A program made the position numbers and the translations under genes. Positions 1-9,803 of a DNA stretch of 64,000 bases are shown piece by piece; within the stretch, counting starts at the first letter, position 1; each line of letters begins with the position of its first letter. The stretch lies in NCBI GenBank assembly GCA_021604765.1, contig BQJP01000001.1, forward strand, positions 262,226 to 326,225. Reading direction: 5' to 3'. The notes below the pieces were generated by a model. That model saw only the letters and a list, made by a program, of their open reading frames with translations, was not told the origin of the DNA and ran no database searches. Source of the stretch: Thermodesulfobacteriota bacterium. Lineage in GTDB: Bacteria; Desulfobacterota_D; UBA1144; Nemesobacterales; UBA2774.

Positions 1-1
1 T

Positions 2-1540
2 ACTGTTAACTCGATTAAGAACCTGTCGAACTCACTTGAATTTGACGGCGTGCCTTCTATTGAAGAACTGGACGCGGGGCTTGAGGAACTTATTAACGCA
101 GCTGAGCTTGACCCGGATATCATCCAGGACTATCTCGATCTGCGTAATGCAATCCTTGAGGCACAAAGGGCCATACTTGGCTCGATCCAATCAATTATTT
201 CAAGCATCAGCTCGCTTAACAGCATTATTGTCGACGGCGGCGGAAGCGCCTTTGACCTGACCGGTTTCATAAACCAGGGGCTTGGCTCTGTTCAAGGCCT
301 ATTGGGACAGGACGGGCTAAGTGTTGAAGATAGAGAAGAACTCTTGGGACTGGGCACGGGATTTCTTGACCAGTTAATCGCAGAGGAGCAGGCAGCGTTT
401 CAGGCGCAGCTCCAAGCAGCACAAGCCGCGGCTGAGGCGCAGAGAAATGCAATCAGGTCTCAAATAAACGGGCTTGAGGAAGAAAGAGATTTAATCGAGG
501 AAAATTTTGACGCGCGCCTTGAAGCGCTTCAAGAAGAGCTTCGTTTGGCAGAAGAATTCGCTCGATTAACAGAGTCTATTCAGCAAACATTAAACAGCAT
601 TATCCTCGGCCCCGACAGCGTGTTCACAGCGGTTGAGCGGCTTAACATAGTGCAGGGCGACATCGCGTCTTTACAGTCCGAGCTTGCCGCAACAACAGAT
701 CCGTCAAAACAGTTGGAGCTTGCAGCACAGCTTGAGGATTCACTTAGCACGCTGTTTGACCTGGCAGGGGAGGCGTTTGGGGTTAACTCGCCTGAGTTTA
801 CAGCAATTTTCTCACAAGTAACCGGCGGGCTCAATGATCTGATCGACCTTACAGGAAATAGGGAACGTTCTGTAGAAGAGATAAACGCTGAGATCGAATC
901 GCTTAACATCGAGCGTAACCAGCAGTTAGAAGCAATCGACGCTCAGATAGAGAGTCTCAATGACCAACTGTCGTCAATTCAGGCGCAGAATGTAGAGGCA
1001 ACTTTCCAGGCGTCAGACCGAGTTCAAGAATTAGCAGAGTTCTTCCGCAATGAATATATTGCGCTCCTTGAGGAAAGGTTTGCTCAGCTGGGAGAGGTTT
1101 CCGAGACAGGATTTACGGAAGAGTTGGACGCGCTTAATTCTCTTGTACAGCTTGAGGCTGAGCTTGGTGAGAAGATTGACCAGGGACTTCAAATTGAAGA
1201 CTCGATGCTTATTGTGCTTAGAAATATTAATGATGCGCTGGGCGGGGTTCCGAGCTTTATGAACGGCACTGGAGGGTTTCAAGACTTTGGCAATGGAACT
1301 CTTGCGCTTCTCCACGGACGGGAAGCGGTGATTCCCGAGTCAGGGTTTATACCGTTTAGTAATTTCCAAGAAGCTCCCGGTGAGATGAACGTCAATATTA
1401 ATGTGAACGTGGACGGTGGCTCAAGCGGGACTGTTGATACGCTTGCTACCAACATCGAGGACATGCTCGTTAGGAGTATCCGGCAGGGCGGGAAGCTGAG
1501 AAGCGCTGTGCAGGAAGCCGGGGCTAAGAGGTTGAATTAA
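2..1540 (+). CDS. Phage tail tape measure protein, C-terminal part (5' end outside window)
   Basis: Frame is open from base 2. Long coiled-coil sequence ending in the typical tape-measure C-terminal motif 'VPSFMNGTGGFQDFGNGTLALLHGREAVIP'. Confidence 0.8.
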   Translation, partial: TVNSIKNLSNSLEFDGVPSIEELDAGLEELINAAELDPDIIQDYLDLRNAILEAQRAILGSIQSIISSISSLNSIIVDGGGSAFDLTGFINQGLGSVQGLLGQDGLSVEDREELLGLGTGFLDQLIAEEQAAFQAQLQAAQAAAEAQRNAIRSQINGLEEERDLIEENFDARLEALQEELRLAEEFARLTESIQQTLNSIILGPDSVFTAVERLNIVQGDIASLQSELAATTDPSKQLELAAQLEDSLSTLFDLAGEAFGVNSPEFTAIFSQVTGGLNDLIDLTGNRERSVEEINAEIESLNIERNQQLEAIDAQIESLNDQLSSIQAQNVEATFQASDRVQELAEFFRNEYIALLEERFAQLGEVSETGFTEELDALNSLVQLEAELGEKIDQGLQIEDSMLIVLRNINDALGGVPSFMNGTGGFQDFGNGTLALLHGREAVIPESGFIPFSNFQEAPGEMNVNINVNVDGGSSGTVDTLATNIEDMLVRSIRQGGKLRSAVQEAGAKRLN

Positions 1541-1565
1541 GTGTGTTGACTCGAATAATTTGCGC

Positions 1566-1737
1566 GTCCTTTTGATTGACCAAAAGGACCAAAAGTCACC
1601 CTCCAGGACATGAATTACGCTAAAAATAAATTTCATCTCTAAATGATTTAATTCTACCCACATCCCGCAAATCATTTTTAACGTTCTGAAATTTATTTTC
1701 TAAACGCTATTCATGTATTTCGGGGAAATAAAAGCAA
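1566..1737 (+). repeat. Structured intergenic repeat, copy 1 (hairpin/pseudoknot plus long interrupted hairpin)
   Basis: gtccttttg-attgac-caaaaggac hairpin followed by nested inverted repeats acatgaat/attcatgt, aaaataaatttca/tgaaatttatttt and aaatgattt/aaatcattt. Homologous to 8303-8478. Confidence 0.75.
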
Positions 1738-1777
1738 AGAAATAAACAAAAGAAGGTAGAGGTTAAGGATAAAAACT

Positions 1778-2575
1778 ATGGCGAATAGGAAATTATCAAA
1801 CAGTTTTTTGGGTATATCAGCAGATGCGAATACTACATCTGAGGCGACTAATTTTCCAAAGGAAAATGCAATAAATAGAACCAGTCCTCAGCGGCACTGG
1901 CGAAGTACTGTTACAACAGATACTAGGCTAGTTATTAATCTGGGCGCAGTTCAAACAAATCTGACCTGCTATTTGGATGATGTGAATTTTAGTTCGTTTA
2001 AGTATCAAGAAAGTGCTGACGGATCTAGTGGCTGGTCTGATATAGGAGCAACCAAGACAGTTGAGAAAGACCCTATGCATGGAATATATAGAAGAACGGA
2101 TGATATAACGCTTACTGGCAAGCAGTATCTGGGAATACTCATAGATACTCAGACACCGGTTGATAATGCTGGTTACTTTAGAATAGGCACATTCGCCATT
2201 CCTATGAGCGTTGTTGAATTAGACGCGGAGACTACGGTTGAATACCCATATGATGTAACACTCCCGAGCTCTCACATTGTCGAAAATAGATTTCCGACAG
2301 GGAAAACGGAGAAGATAAAACTAGGCCGATTGCAGCCGATGGTTATTTCCTTTGCACTCAAAACAGGGGTGCATCAAAACATAAAAGGGCAGGCAGTACA
2401 AGAAATCTCCAATCTGCTCAGAGATCCTACCAATACAATTTTCCTCGACTTTAACCTTGGGGAATCCTGGCAAGCGTATCTGGTTAAAAAATCAGGCGAT
2501 TTACGTGCTTCGCTGAGTACGCCTGCCACAGGAACTGCCGATTTCGGCAGCGTTCTATTTGATGTAATTACATAA
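1778..2575 (+). CDS. Phage tail protein (distal-tail position, beta-sandwich-like N-terminus)
   Basis: 265 aa, directly after the tape measure gene. 'NFPKENAIN...HWRST' resembles discoidin-like phage tail proteins. Confidence 0.55.
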   Translation: MANRKLSNSFLGISADANTTSEATNFPKENAINRTSPQRHWRSTVTTDTRLVINLGAVQTNLTCYLDDVNFSSFKYQESADGSSGWSDIGATKTVEKDPMHGIYRRTDDITLTGKQYLGILIDTQTPVDNAGYFRIGTFAIPMSVVELDAETTVEYPYDVTLPSSHIVENRFPTGKTEKIKLGRLQPMVISFALKTGVHQNIKGQAVQEISNLLRDPTNTIFLDFNLGESWQAYLVKKSGDLRASLSTPATGTADFGSVLFDVIT

Positions 2576-2597
2576 CAAATACAGAGAGGTAAATAAT

Positions 2598-3362
2598 ATG
2601 GGATTAAGTACTTATGCCGCCAATAAGGTCTTGGATCATCTATGCGGGACAGCAAATTGGTCAATACCAACAACAGAAATATCATTACACTCGACTGACC
2701 CTGGATTGACAGGAGCCAACGAAGTAAGCGCTGGATGGTATTCCAGGAAACAGCCCGCATCGGGGTGGAATGTAGCAACTACAGCGGGTGTAACAAATAA
2801 TGGCCAGGTTACATGGGATGCTGTAATAGGCTCTGATGTCACAGTGACCCATATTGGCCTTTGGGATACAGAAGGTTCATCTAATTTCTTGTTCAGCATA
2901 GATATTGCGAATAAAACCTTTACAGCGGGTTCCGTCCCCAAAATTTTAGACGGAACAATTTTGATAACTCCTGGTGCTGCATATCATAACGATATAAAAG
3001 CAGCAATTGCAGATCATCTGGTTGGTCGTGCTGCAATGGCATTTGATACTTCCGTGCATCTTGCCTTATATACAGTCTCTCCTACTCAATCAACCAATGG
3101 AACTGAGGCAATTGGCGGCAGTTATGCAAGGCAATCGATAGATTTTGATGCCGCTGCAAGTGGTGCTACTGATAACACAGATGAAGAAAATTTCCCCACA
3201 GCAACAGCAGATCTGGGAACTATTTTAGCCTTTGCTATTAGATCAGAATCATCTGGGACAGCAGGCAATATGCACCTGTTCGGAGCCTTGACCTCAAGCA
3301 TTATCGTTAATAATCAAGATGAATATAAAGCCTTAGTTGGCGCAATCGATTTTACTATATAA
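2598..3362 (+). CDS. Phage tail-associated structural protein with two tandem related domains
   Basis: Two related halves (AANKVLDHL...ISLHSTDP...NEVSAGWYSR and AAIADHL...HLALYTVSP...TEAIGGSYAR), a common phage virion protein pattern; good SD. Confidence 0.7.
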   Translation: MGLSTYAANKVLDHLCGTANWSIPTTEISLHSTDPGLTGANEVSAGWYSRKQPASGWNVATTAGVTNNGQVTWDAVIGSDVTVTHIGLWDTEGSSNFLFSIDIANKTFTAGSVPKILDGTILITPGAAYHNDIKAAIADHLVGRAAMAFDTSVHLALYTVSPTQSTNGTEAIGGSYARQSIDFDAAASGATDNTDEENFPTATADLGTILAFAIRSESSGTAGNMHLFGALTSSIIVNNQDEYKALVGAIDFTI

Positions 3363-3368
3363 AAAACT

Positions 3369-6300
3369 ATGCCAAATATAACTGTATTTGCAACGACTGC
3401 TATAGATGATAGTACTGTAGGAACTAAGGCGTGGTCTAATCCTGGCAATGTTACAGCGGATGATGGCAATTGGGGTACTGGAGCTGGACTAGCGATTTTT
3501 GCTACTGATGCTTCTGCTGTAGCTAATTCGCATTATATACGATGTACCCCAGGCAGCCTGGCTGCTATTCCCGCTACAGCAACAATAGAGGGAATAGAGA
3601 TTGAATTAGAACGCGCCGAACAGGCGGATAATAGAAATGTGGTGGATTTTAGTGTTAGGTTATATAAGGCCGGCTCCACTAATGCTTACGTTGGTGATAA
3701 CAAAGCCGATACGTTAACCGAGTGGGCAATCGGTGATGGTACGACAGGTCAGCAGGAAATAGTAACTTACCCTCCATCAGCAGGCTCTACAGATCTTTGG
3801 GGAACTACTTGGACTAGAGATGAAGTAGTTAACGACCTTCAAGTAGGGATATCAGCCACTTCTGATCCTATGTCTGGTTTTGTAGCAGCAGGTTTAGATT
3901 ATGTAAAATTCACTATTTATTATAGTGTTCCAATCGAAGAAATTGCAGCTAATACCAATGTCGATTGGACAGGGTCCGCAACAATTGCAGGTGGGCTTGC
4001 AAAAATAGAAGCTCATGTAAATAGCGATTGGTCTGGTTCTGCTTCTATACTAGCTGAGAAGCACTTAGCTTCGAATGTAGATATAGATTGGTCTGGAAGT
4101 GCTTCAATCACATCCGATTTTAGTTTCAAATGGTCTGTTGAGCATTTAGAAGCAAGCACTTCTCACGGTTTCCCAAGCGTATATGTAGAGGTCGATAACA
4201 CTACTCAGCCTGCTGACGACTTCTCTTCACTTGTAAGCAACGAAGTGGTTTTTGAAAGAAGGTTACTAGAGATGCCGAGGTTGCAAGAGGTGCAGCTTGA
4301 TGAGCGTTCTGGTTTGGCTGGCTTTCAAAGAGTAACTATTCAGGCGGATAACTCAGACGGATTATTAAATGGCTTGGATCTGCAAGACTCATTTGTAAGA
4401 ATGTTTTTTGTAGATGCTGACGGGGTCTCGTATAAAGAATTTAATGGAAAAGTAGTAGATTGGATCCTTTCTCATACAGTTACAATCAATGTCGAAGATT
4501 TAGATGCGCTTGCGTTTACTCAGGAGCTTCCAAAGCGAACGCTTAATGATTTGGTAGAGTCTGAGAAAGAAAGACTTGATACTCCTGGGACCCAAACTGA
4601 GCTTGCAGAGTTTACAAACTCAGTTGTTGCTAATGATCTCGGAAAACCAATTCCAATCATGTTTGGCAGGGCTGTGAAAGTTCCGCTGCTTTATATAAAA
4701 GCAGATGAAACGCTTGTAATGGATGAATCAAAAAGGGAATACGATTATATACTTGGACAAGGGATAGGGTTAAATGGTAATAACTTTGAAGAAGTATTTA
4801 CTGTTTATAGAGATGAAAGGACGTTGGGTGATATAGAGGGACAGGTAAATTTTGGCGCATCCGATCTCAATACTGTAGCATTGGAAGCAGCAGATAATAA
4901 CCCCGACAATTTTTATCAATACTGGTATCTGGAACTATTCGATGATTCAGGATTAACTGATTTAGTAGATACGAAATATGTTACTAGTTCTACGGAGGAC
5001 AGCACAACGCCAACTGTTGAACTGGATAGCAATTTAGACTTATCTGGAAGCTCATCGCCCTATTATTATAGGTTAAGAGAATATCGCTTTTATGATGGTT
5101 CTCAGACGAGTCCTTATCCTGGTTATGCGTTTATAAGGTCTAAAAAACGCTTCGGTACTTCTAGCAGGACTGATGATTTATACGCTGACGTTAATGGGTT
5201 TCAGGATGAAGTAAATAGAGTACGAGCGATTGAAAGTATTTTGTCCAACAGCACTTGGGGGTTAGGCTTAACCGTTGATGCCACAAGTTTTACAACGGCG
5301 GCCGATATATTCTGGAATTCTTCTACTATGATGGGAATAGACCCCTTTACATGTGAAGGGGCAATTCTTAACCAAACTACAGCAACCGATATCTTCCAAA
5401 AATTGTTGTCCTTCAGGGATATGGTCTTGTATAAGGAAAGTGATATAAAAATATCTGTCGATCAGGATAAACCGACACCCGTCTTTAACTTCGGCTTGGG
5501 AGATGAAGCTGGATACAACAATATATTAAACGCAAGTCCTGCAATAACTTACAAACATCCTAATGAAAAAGTTAAGGATTTAAAAGTAAGATACAGAAAG
5601 AATCATAGAGAAAATGATACATACCTTCACGAATTCACAAGGGCATCCAGCACAAATGGTGTAGATGAAAATCTTGATATGCCATTTGTTTACGATCACG
5701 AAACTGCGGATAGGGCGCTTGATTACAAACGTAAGAGATTTGCTGCAGCGGATAGAAATTTGTCATTGGATATTGGGGACGACGGCAAAAAGGCCAAAAG
5801 AGGGGATTTGGTAACCATTGATATTCCAACTTTGGGAATTTCCTCCAATTGGGAAATCATAAGTTCAAGTGTGACTCCGGCGGGATCAAATAATCTTAAT
5901 CTGGCTCCTTTTAGCTCTGCACCCTATTCATATACCTCTTTTACTTCTGATGGCGGCACATTGCCAGTAGATGAGAGCTTTGATATACCACCTGATTATA
6001 CAAATTCGGCGCCATTTCCAGCAACTAGTGTGTCCGTAAGTATGCTTGAAGATGTGGTTGCTTTAACTATCTTCCCTTATGCGAAGATTACCTGGACTCC
6101 ACCTGAAGATAATTATGGCGGAGCGGTGGTAAGCGTGAAACTCCATAGCGAGGGATCCTCTGAATGGCGGGATATAGGAACATTTGATACCACTGCCAGA
6201 ATAGAAAGTTTGATACCGGGTCAACTATACGATTTTAGAATCACTTCTCTAAACATTACTGGCGAACGCAAAGGGTTAGCAGTTTTAGATGATAATTCAG

Positions 6301-7070
6301 GCAATGGTTACTTGGCTGGTGGCGACAGTTCCAGTCCAAACACTCCTACAGGATTAACGGGCTCTAGTAAATTTGGAGAACTTATATGGACTTGGACAAA
6401 TAGTACTTCTAATGATGTTAAATATCATGAAGTTCAGGTTTATAGTGCCTCATCTGGTGGAACACTTTTAGACAGCAAGAAGTATTTCGAAGGGGATATA
6501 CCGCAGCATAAATATACAAGGCAAACAGGCAATTTGACTAGTTCACTGTCAGGTTGGGCTAGAGTCCGAGCTGTAGATTATTCGGGTAATCCAACAGCAG
6601 CTGAAACCGGTTGGACGGTGAGGGTTCAGGCAATAACGGGGGAAGTTGGTAGGGGAGATGCTACCAATAATGATTTTAATTCGCAGGCCAGCGCATTTAA
6701 TAATGGAACCATTACTTTAGATGATGGATTGTTTACAGAAATAATTAGTGTATCAAAGTTTATAAATTCAGGGCAGCAAGTATCAATTAATGTAGGTTTC
6801 AATTATAGATTTACCGCAGATGCAGGCACGCCAAATACAACTCAAGGTAAGATTTTCCAGATTAAAAAAGGTGGTGTATCCCTCGGTCCCAACTATCGCC
6901 TTCCAACACTAAGGCAAGTAGGTGACGATGGTTGGGTGGGGATAACAGTTTTCGATATACCTGGAAATGGAACATTCACTTATTCAGTAGATGTAGAAAG
7001 CACAGACCCCCTTGTCCTTACAACGGCGGCGTCTACCAGGAGGATTGATATAAATGAATTCAGAAGGTAG
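3369..7070 (+). CDS. Large phage tail-tip/host-specificity protein with FN3-like domains
   Basis: 1233 aa; 'GKPIPIMFG' hub-like motif, FN3-like segments (ITWTPP...LIPGQLYDFRITSLN; PNTPTGLT), three 'DWxGSAxI' repeats. Confidence 0.75.
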   Translation: MPNITVFATTAIDDSTVGTKAWSNPGNVTADDGNWGTGAGLAIFATDASAVANSHYIRCTPGSLAAIPATATIEGIEIELERAEQADNRNVVDFSVRLYKAGSTNAYVGDNKADTLTEWAIGDGTTGQQEIVTYPPSAGSTDLWGTTWTRDEVVNDLQVGISATSDPMSGFVAAGLDYVKFTIYYSVPIEEIAANTNVDWTGSATIAGGLAKIEAHVNSDWSGSASILAEKHLASNVDIDWSGSASITSDFSFKWSVEHLEASTSHGFPSVYVEVDNTTQPADDFSSLVSNEVVFERRLLEMPRLQEVQLDERSGLAGFQRVTIQADNSDGLLNGLDLQDSFVRMFFVDADGVSYKEFNGKVVDWILSHTVTINVEDLDALAFTQELPKRTLNDLVESEKERLDTPGTQTELAEFTNSVVANDLGKPIPIMFGRAVKVPLLYIKADETLVMDESKREYDYILGQGIGLNGNNFEEVFTVYRDERTLGDIEGQVNFGASDLNTVALEAADNNPDNFYQYWYLELFDDSGLTDLVDTKYVTSSTEDSTTPTVELDSNLDLSGSSSPYYYRLREYRFYDGSQTSPYPGYAFIRSKKRFGTSSRTDDLYADVNGFQDEVNRVRAIESILSNSTWGLGLTVDATSFTTAADIFWNSSTMMGIDPFTCEGAILNQTTATDIFQKLLSFRDMVLYKESDIKISVDQDKPTPVFNFGLGDEAGYNNILNASPAITYKHPNEKVKDLKVRYRKNHRENDTYLHEFTRASSTNGVDENLDMPFVYDHETADRALDYKRKRFAAADRNLSLDIGDDGKKAKRGDLVTIDIPTLGISSNWEIISSSVTPAGSNNLNLAPFSSAPYSYTSFTSDGGTLPVDESFDIPPDYTNSAPFPATSVSVSMLEDVVALTIFPYAKITWTPPEDNYGGAVVSVKLHSEGSSEWRDIGTFDTTARIESLIPGQLYDFRITSLNITGERKGLAVLDDNSGNGYLAGGDSSSPNTPTGLTGSSKFGELIWTWTNSTSNDVKYHEVQVYSASSGGTLLDSKKYFEGDIPQHKYTRQTGNLTSSLSGWARVRAVDYSGNPTAAETGWTVRVQAITGEVGRGDATNNDFNSQASAFNNGTITLDDGLFTEIISVSKFINSGQQVSINVGFNYRFTADAGTPNTTQGKIFQIKKGGVSLGPNYRLPTLRQVGDDGWVGITVFDIPGNGTFTYSVDVESTDPLVLTTAASTRRIDINEFRR

Positions 7071-7404
7071 AAAAACAATATTTGTCTGCATAGTAAACAA
7101 AGATACAGGAGAAATTTATAGCAACTGCGCAAAGTGTTGTGTTGTGTCTATGGATAACGAAATAAACGTTATAGACTACCCCTGCCCTAAAGATCATACC
7201 GTTATAGAAATAACACAAGAAGAATTTCAACAAATGCATGAAACAATAACTAAAAACGGAGACCAGATTCATGCTCATAGAATTGAATTATCCAAAAGCA
7301 AAAGGCAGGTAAAGAACAGGGACAAAGAAGAATATACGGTTAACGAACATGGTATTAGTTATCAGAACTTAAGACCAGTAAAAGCAACAAAAGAGAATAG
7401 ATAA
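7054..7404 (+). CDS. Phage hypothetical protein (possible tail-fibre assembly protein)
   Basis: 116 aa overlapping the end of the tail-tip gene; call is positional only. Confidence 0.45.
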   Translation: MNSEGRKTIFVCIVNKDTGEIYSNCAKCCVVSMDNEINVIDYPCPKDHTVIEITQEEFQQMHETITKNGDQIHAHRIELSKSKRQVKNRDKEEYTVNEHGISYQNLRPVKATKENR

Positions 7405-7480
7405 AAAAATAGGGCGGCGGCGCACATATAAGCAGGATAGACATCCTCCTTACCTCCTTTACACGCGCCGGCGCCCTTTT
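7403..7480. terminator. GC-rich hairpin flanked by A/T tracts (bidirectional terminator-like) with CCTCC motifs in the loop
   Basis: agggcggcggcgc (7411-7423) pairs with gcgccggcgccct (7465-7477) with one mismatch; A-run before, T-run after. Confidence 0.55.
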
Positions 7481-7488
7481 ATAAAATT

Positions 7489-8082
7489 ATGAATTTAGCA
7501 TGCCTGCAAAAATTTTCAAGTGATTTTGTTGTTAGTCTCATGCCCGAGGCAAACAAGGTCTATATAAAGCAGTATTGGCCCGTAGTCTATATGGCGCTGG
7601 ACGAATTAGGGCTCGATTATGAAGAGATGCTGCTTATGGCGCTTGGCACAATTGCGGCTGAGACCGGAAATTTCAATATCGCACTTAGAGAGTACGTGTC
7701 GCAGTATAACACCTCTGCAAATGGCAGGATGATGAACCATTACTTTGACCTCTACGATTACAGGCATGATCTGGGTAATATGGGAACTCCCGATGGTGAG
7801 AGGTACCGAGGCGGTGGGGCGATTCAGCTCACAGGTAGATACAACTTTCGAGAAGTCGGTAGGAAATTAAAGATCCCGCTTGAGGATAATCCTGATCTTA
7901 TAGAGAATCCGATAGTTTCAGCCAGGGCATTGGCGACATTTCTGCACAGCAAGGAAAATGATATAAGAGAAGCATTAGGCAGGGGTGATTTAAGAAAGGC
8001 AAGAAGGCTTGTTAACGGTGGCTCGCATGGGCTTGACCGTTTCGAGGGCACTTTCAGGAGGGGGGAGAGATTGATTGCATAG
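7489..8082 (+). CDS. Endolysin, glycoside hydrolase family 19 (chitinase-like)
   Basis: Motifs 'AETG', 'DLGN...DGERYRGGGAIQLTGRYNF' and 'RRLVNGGSHGLDR'. Confidence 0.85.
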   Translation: MNLACLQKFSSDFVVSLMPEANKVYIKQYWPVVYMALDELGLDYEEMLLMALGTIAAETGNFNIALREYVSQYNTSANGRMMNHYFDLYDYRHDLGNMGTPDGERYRGGGAIQLTGRYNFREVGRKLKIPLEDNPDLIENPIVSARALATFLHSKENDIREALGRGDLRKARRLVNGGSHGLDRFEGTFRRGERLIA

Positions 8083-8284
8083 GATAACAAATACCAAAGT
8101 AATAAATAACCAGTACAACAAGACTGTTTACACGGCTATTGCGGGAGCGGGTCTGACTATAATATTTGTCGCGCTTAAGGATTATGGGGTTGATGTATCG
8201 ACCGAGCTTCAAGGCGCGATAACCACTTTTACTATGATGCTGACTACTCTTTTCGTTAAGAATAGAAACACGGCTTCTGCTTGA
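8075..8284 (+). CDS. Putative holin (two TM helices)
   Basis: 69 aa with two hydrophobic helices and a basic C-terminus, overlapping the endolysin stop. Confidence 0.65.
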   Translation: MHRITNTKVINNQYNKTVYTAIAGAGLTIIFVALKDYGVDVSTELQGAITTFTMMLTTLFVKNRNTASA

Positions 8285-8302
8285 TTCTATAGGACTATGT
8301 AA

Positions 8303-8478
8303 CTACTTTTCCTGGATGAAAAGTAGCAAAAATCACTGACATAACTCAAATTTAGCTAAAAATAAATTTTCTCACTAAAATGATTTAATTCCACCACAAC
8401 CCTAAATCATTTTTTAACGCTCAACAATTTATTTTCTTAACGCTATTTGAGCAAATGTCAGAAAAAAATAAAAGCAAA
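8303..8478 (+). repeat. Structured intergenic repeat, copy 2
   Basis: ctacttttc-ctggat-gaaaagtag hairpin then ctgacat/atgtcag, ctcaaat/atttgag, aaaataaatt/aatttatttt and aaatgattt/aaatcattt. Homologous to 1566-1737. Confidence 0.75.
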
Positions 8479-8524
8479 TCAAAATTAAATGTGAGCGGGT
8501 TGTATCTGCCCGCAAGGGGGAGTT

Positions 8525-8851
8525 ATGTGGAAGGAACTATTTAGAATAGCGCCTGAGCTGATACCGATAATCATTCAGACTGTGATGGATCTGGAGCAGG
8601 TGGTTACAGGCATAAAGAGGGGTGAGATAAGAAAGTCGCGCGTGATGAATATTATCTCAAACATTTTAGATACAAAGGACTATTTTCTAAAACAAGATTC
8701 CGACGGGCAGATGGAGATACTAAATCTTGTCTCTATGTTTGTCGATGTGATTGTCTCGACATTTAACTACACTGGGCTTTTTGCTTCTAGTGAGAAATTA
8801 GATTTTACACCGATTCCGGTTGAACAGGGGGCTAGCAATGAGGGCAACTAA
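8525..8851 (+). CDS. Phage hypothetical protein
   Basis: 108 aa with strong SD (ggggag), inside the lysis region. Confidence 0.6.
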   Translation: MWKELFRIAPELIPIIIQTVMDLEQVVTGIKRGEIRKSRVMNIISNILDTKDYFLKQDSDGQMEILNLVSMFVDVIVSTFNYTGLFASSEKLDFTPIPVEQGASNEGN

Positions 8852-9302
8852 ACTTCTATTCATAATAAGCTTGTTAATAATGGCATCCTGTGTTGGGAAG
8901 GATCTCACTCCGGCGACTGAGGTCGTATATCAGGGCGAGTTGATAGGGAATGAAGATTTTACTTATGCTTCTGCTGCTAAGGTCGTGGAAAAATGTCTCG
9001 AAGTTAAATCCTGCATGGAACTTGGTCAAGAAGATTATCCGTTGCCTAAGATTAGAGGCATGCGCGGGGGGAATGCTGTAGAGTGTGGATCTAATGATGA
9101 TGGTACGCCTAAGCTTAAACTCGGCTGTTACACGACAGATGGTTATATAACAGTTCCACAAGGCGCAGATCTCGAAATAATCTCACACGAATGCGTGCAT
9201 CATTGGTTGTACAAAAGCACAGGAGACGCAGATCCGCTTCATAGCTCAAATTATTTCCTCTCATGCTCAGGTGGACTGAGTTTGACTGAGGATTCCGAAT
9301 AA
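8838..9302 (+). CDS. Lipoprotein with HExxH zincin-like motif
   Basis: Lipobox 'LIMASC' and 'IISHECVHHWL'; Cys-rich. Start moved to MRATKLL. Confidence 0.6.
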   Translation: MRATKLLFIISLLIMASCVGKDLTPATEVVYQGELIGNEDFTYASAAKVVEKCLEVKSCMELGQEDYPLPKIRGMRGGNAVECGSNDDGTPKLKLGCYTTDGYITVPQGADLEIISHECVHHWLYKSTGDADPLHSSNYFLSCSGGLSLTEDSE

Positions 9303-9303
9303 T

Positions 9304-9555
9304 ATGGTCTCTATTCTTACAACTATTTTCGGCTGGATTCTGGCCAAGGTGTTTGGATTGGTAAAGCAGAATCAGACAGAGAAGAAGTATGTTGAATCAG
9401 TGAAAGAGAATTTTGAGCTTCGGGCACAAAATGCGGGTCTTTGGAAACGAAAAGAAGTTGAGAAAAAAGAAGAAAATATAAAAGAGGAGTGGGAGAAAGG
9501 GGATGAGGAACAAAAATACGAAATACTTAAGCGTGATTTTTCTGATCTTGATTAG
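9304..9555 (+). CDS. Putative inner-membrane spanin (Rz-like)
   Basis: N-terminal hydrophobic helix plus coiled coil; overlaps the downstream lipoprotein gene. Confidence 0.5.
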   Translation: MVSILTTIFGWILAKVFGLVKQNQTEKKYVESVKENFELRAQNAGLWKRKEVEKKEENIKEEWEKGDEEQKYEILKRDFSDLD

Positions 9556-9790
9556 CTTTACATCATGCGCACCAAGGATTATAACACCCAGGGTTGATTA
9601 TCAACCCTACGAAGAGCTTAAAGAGAGCCAGCCTAACTGCGGAGGAGAGCTCTCCGCCCTTACAAGCGCTGAGGTTAAATCTGACCAGCTTATATTAGAC
9701 ACTTTATTTTGTTACAGAACCGTCTGGAAATATTGGGAAAATGAGTATCTAATTTTAGACACTCAGCTTGGCACTATAAATCAAAATTAA
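9503..9790 (+). CDS. Putative outer-membrane spanin lipoprotein (Rz1-like)
   Basis: Lipobox 'ISFTSC'; overlaps the upstream gene in another frame, as in overlapped spanin pairs. Confidence 0.5.
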   Translation: MRNKNTKYLSVIFLILISFTSCAPRIITPRVDYQPYEELKESQPNCGGELSALTSAEVKSDQLILDTLFCYRTVWKYWENEYLILDTQLGTINQN

Positions 9791-9803
9791 CATAGGAAGT
9801 CTA

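Noticed and set aside
8494..8513. Small GC hairpin before the 8525 RBS
   Set aside because: No T-tract and no further evidence for a function.
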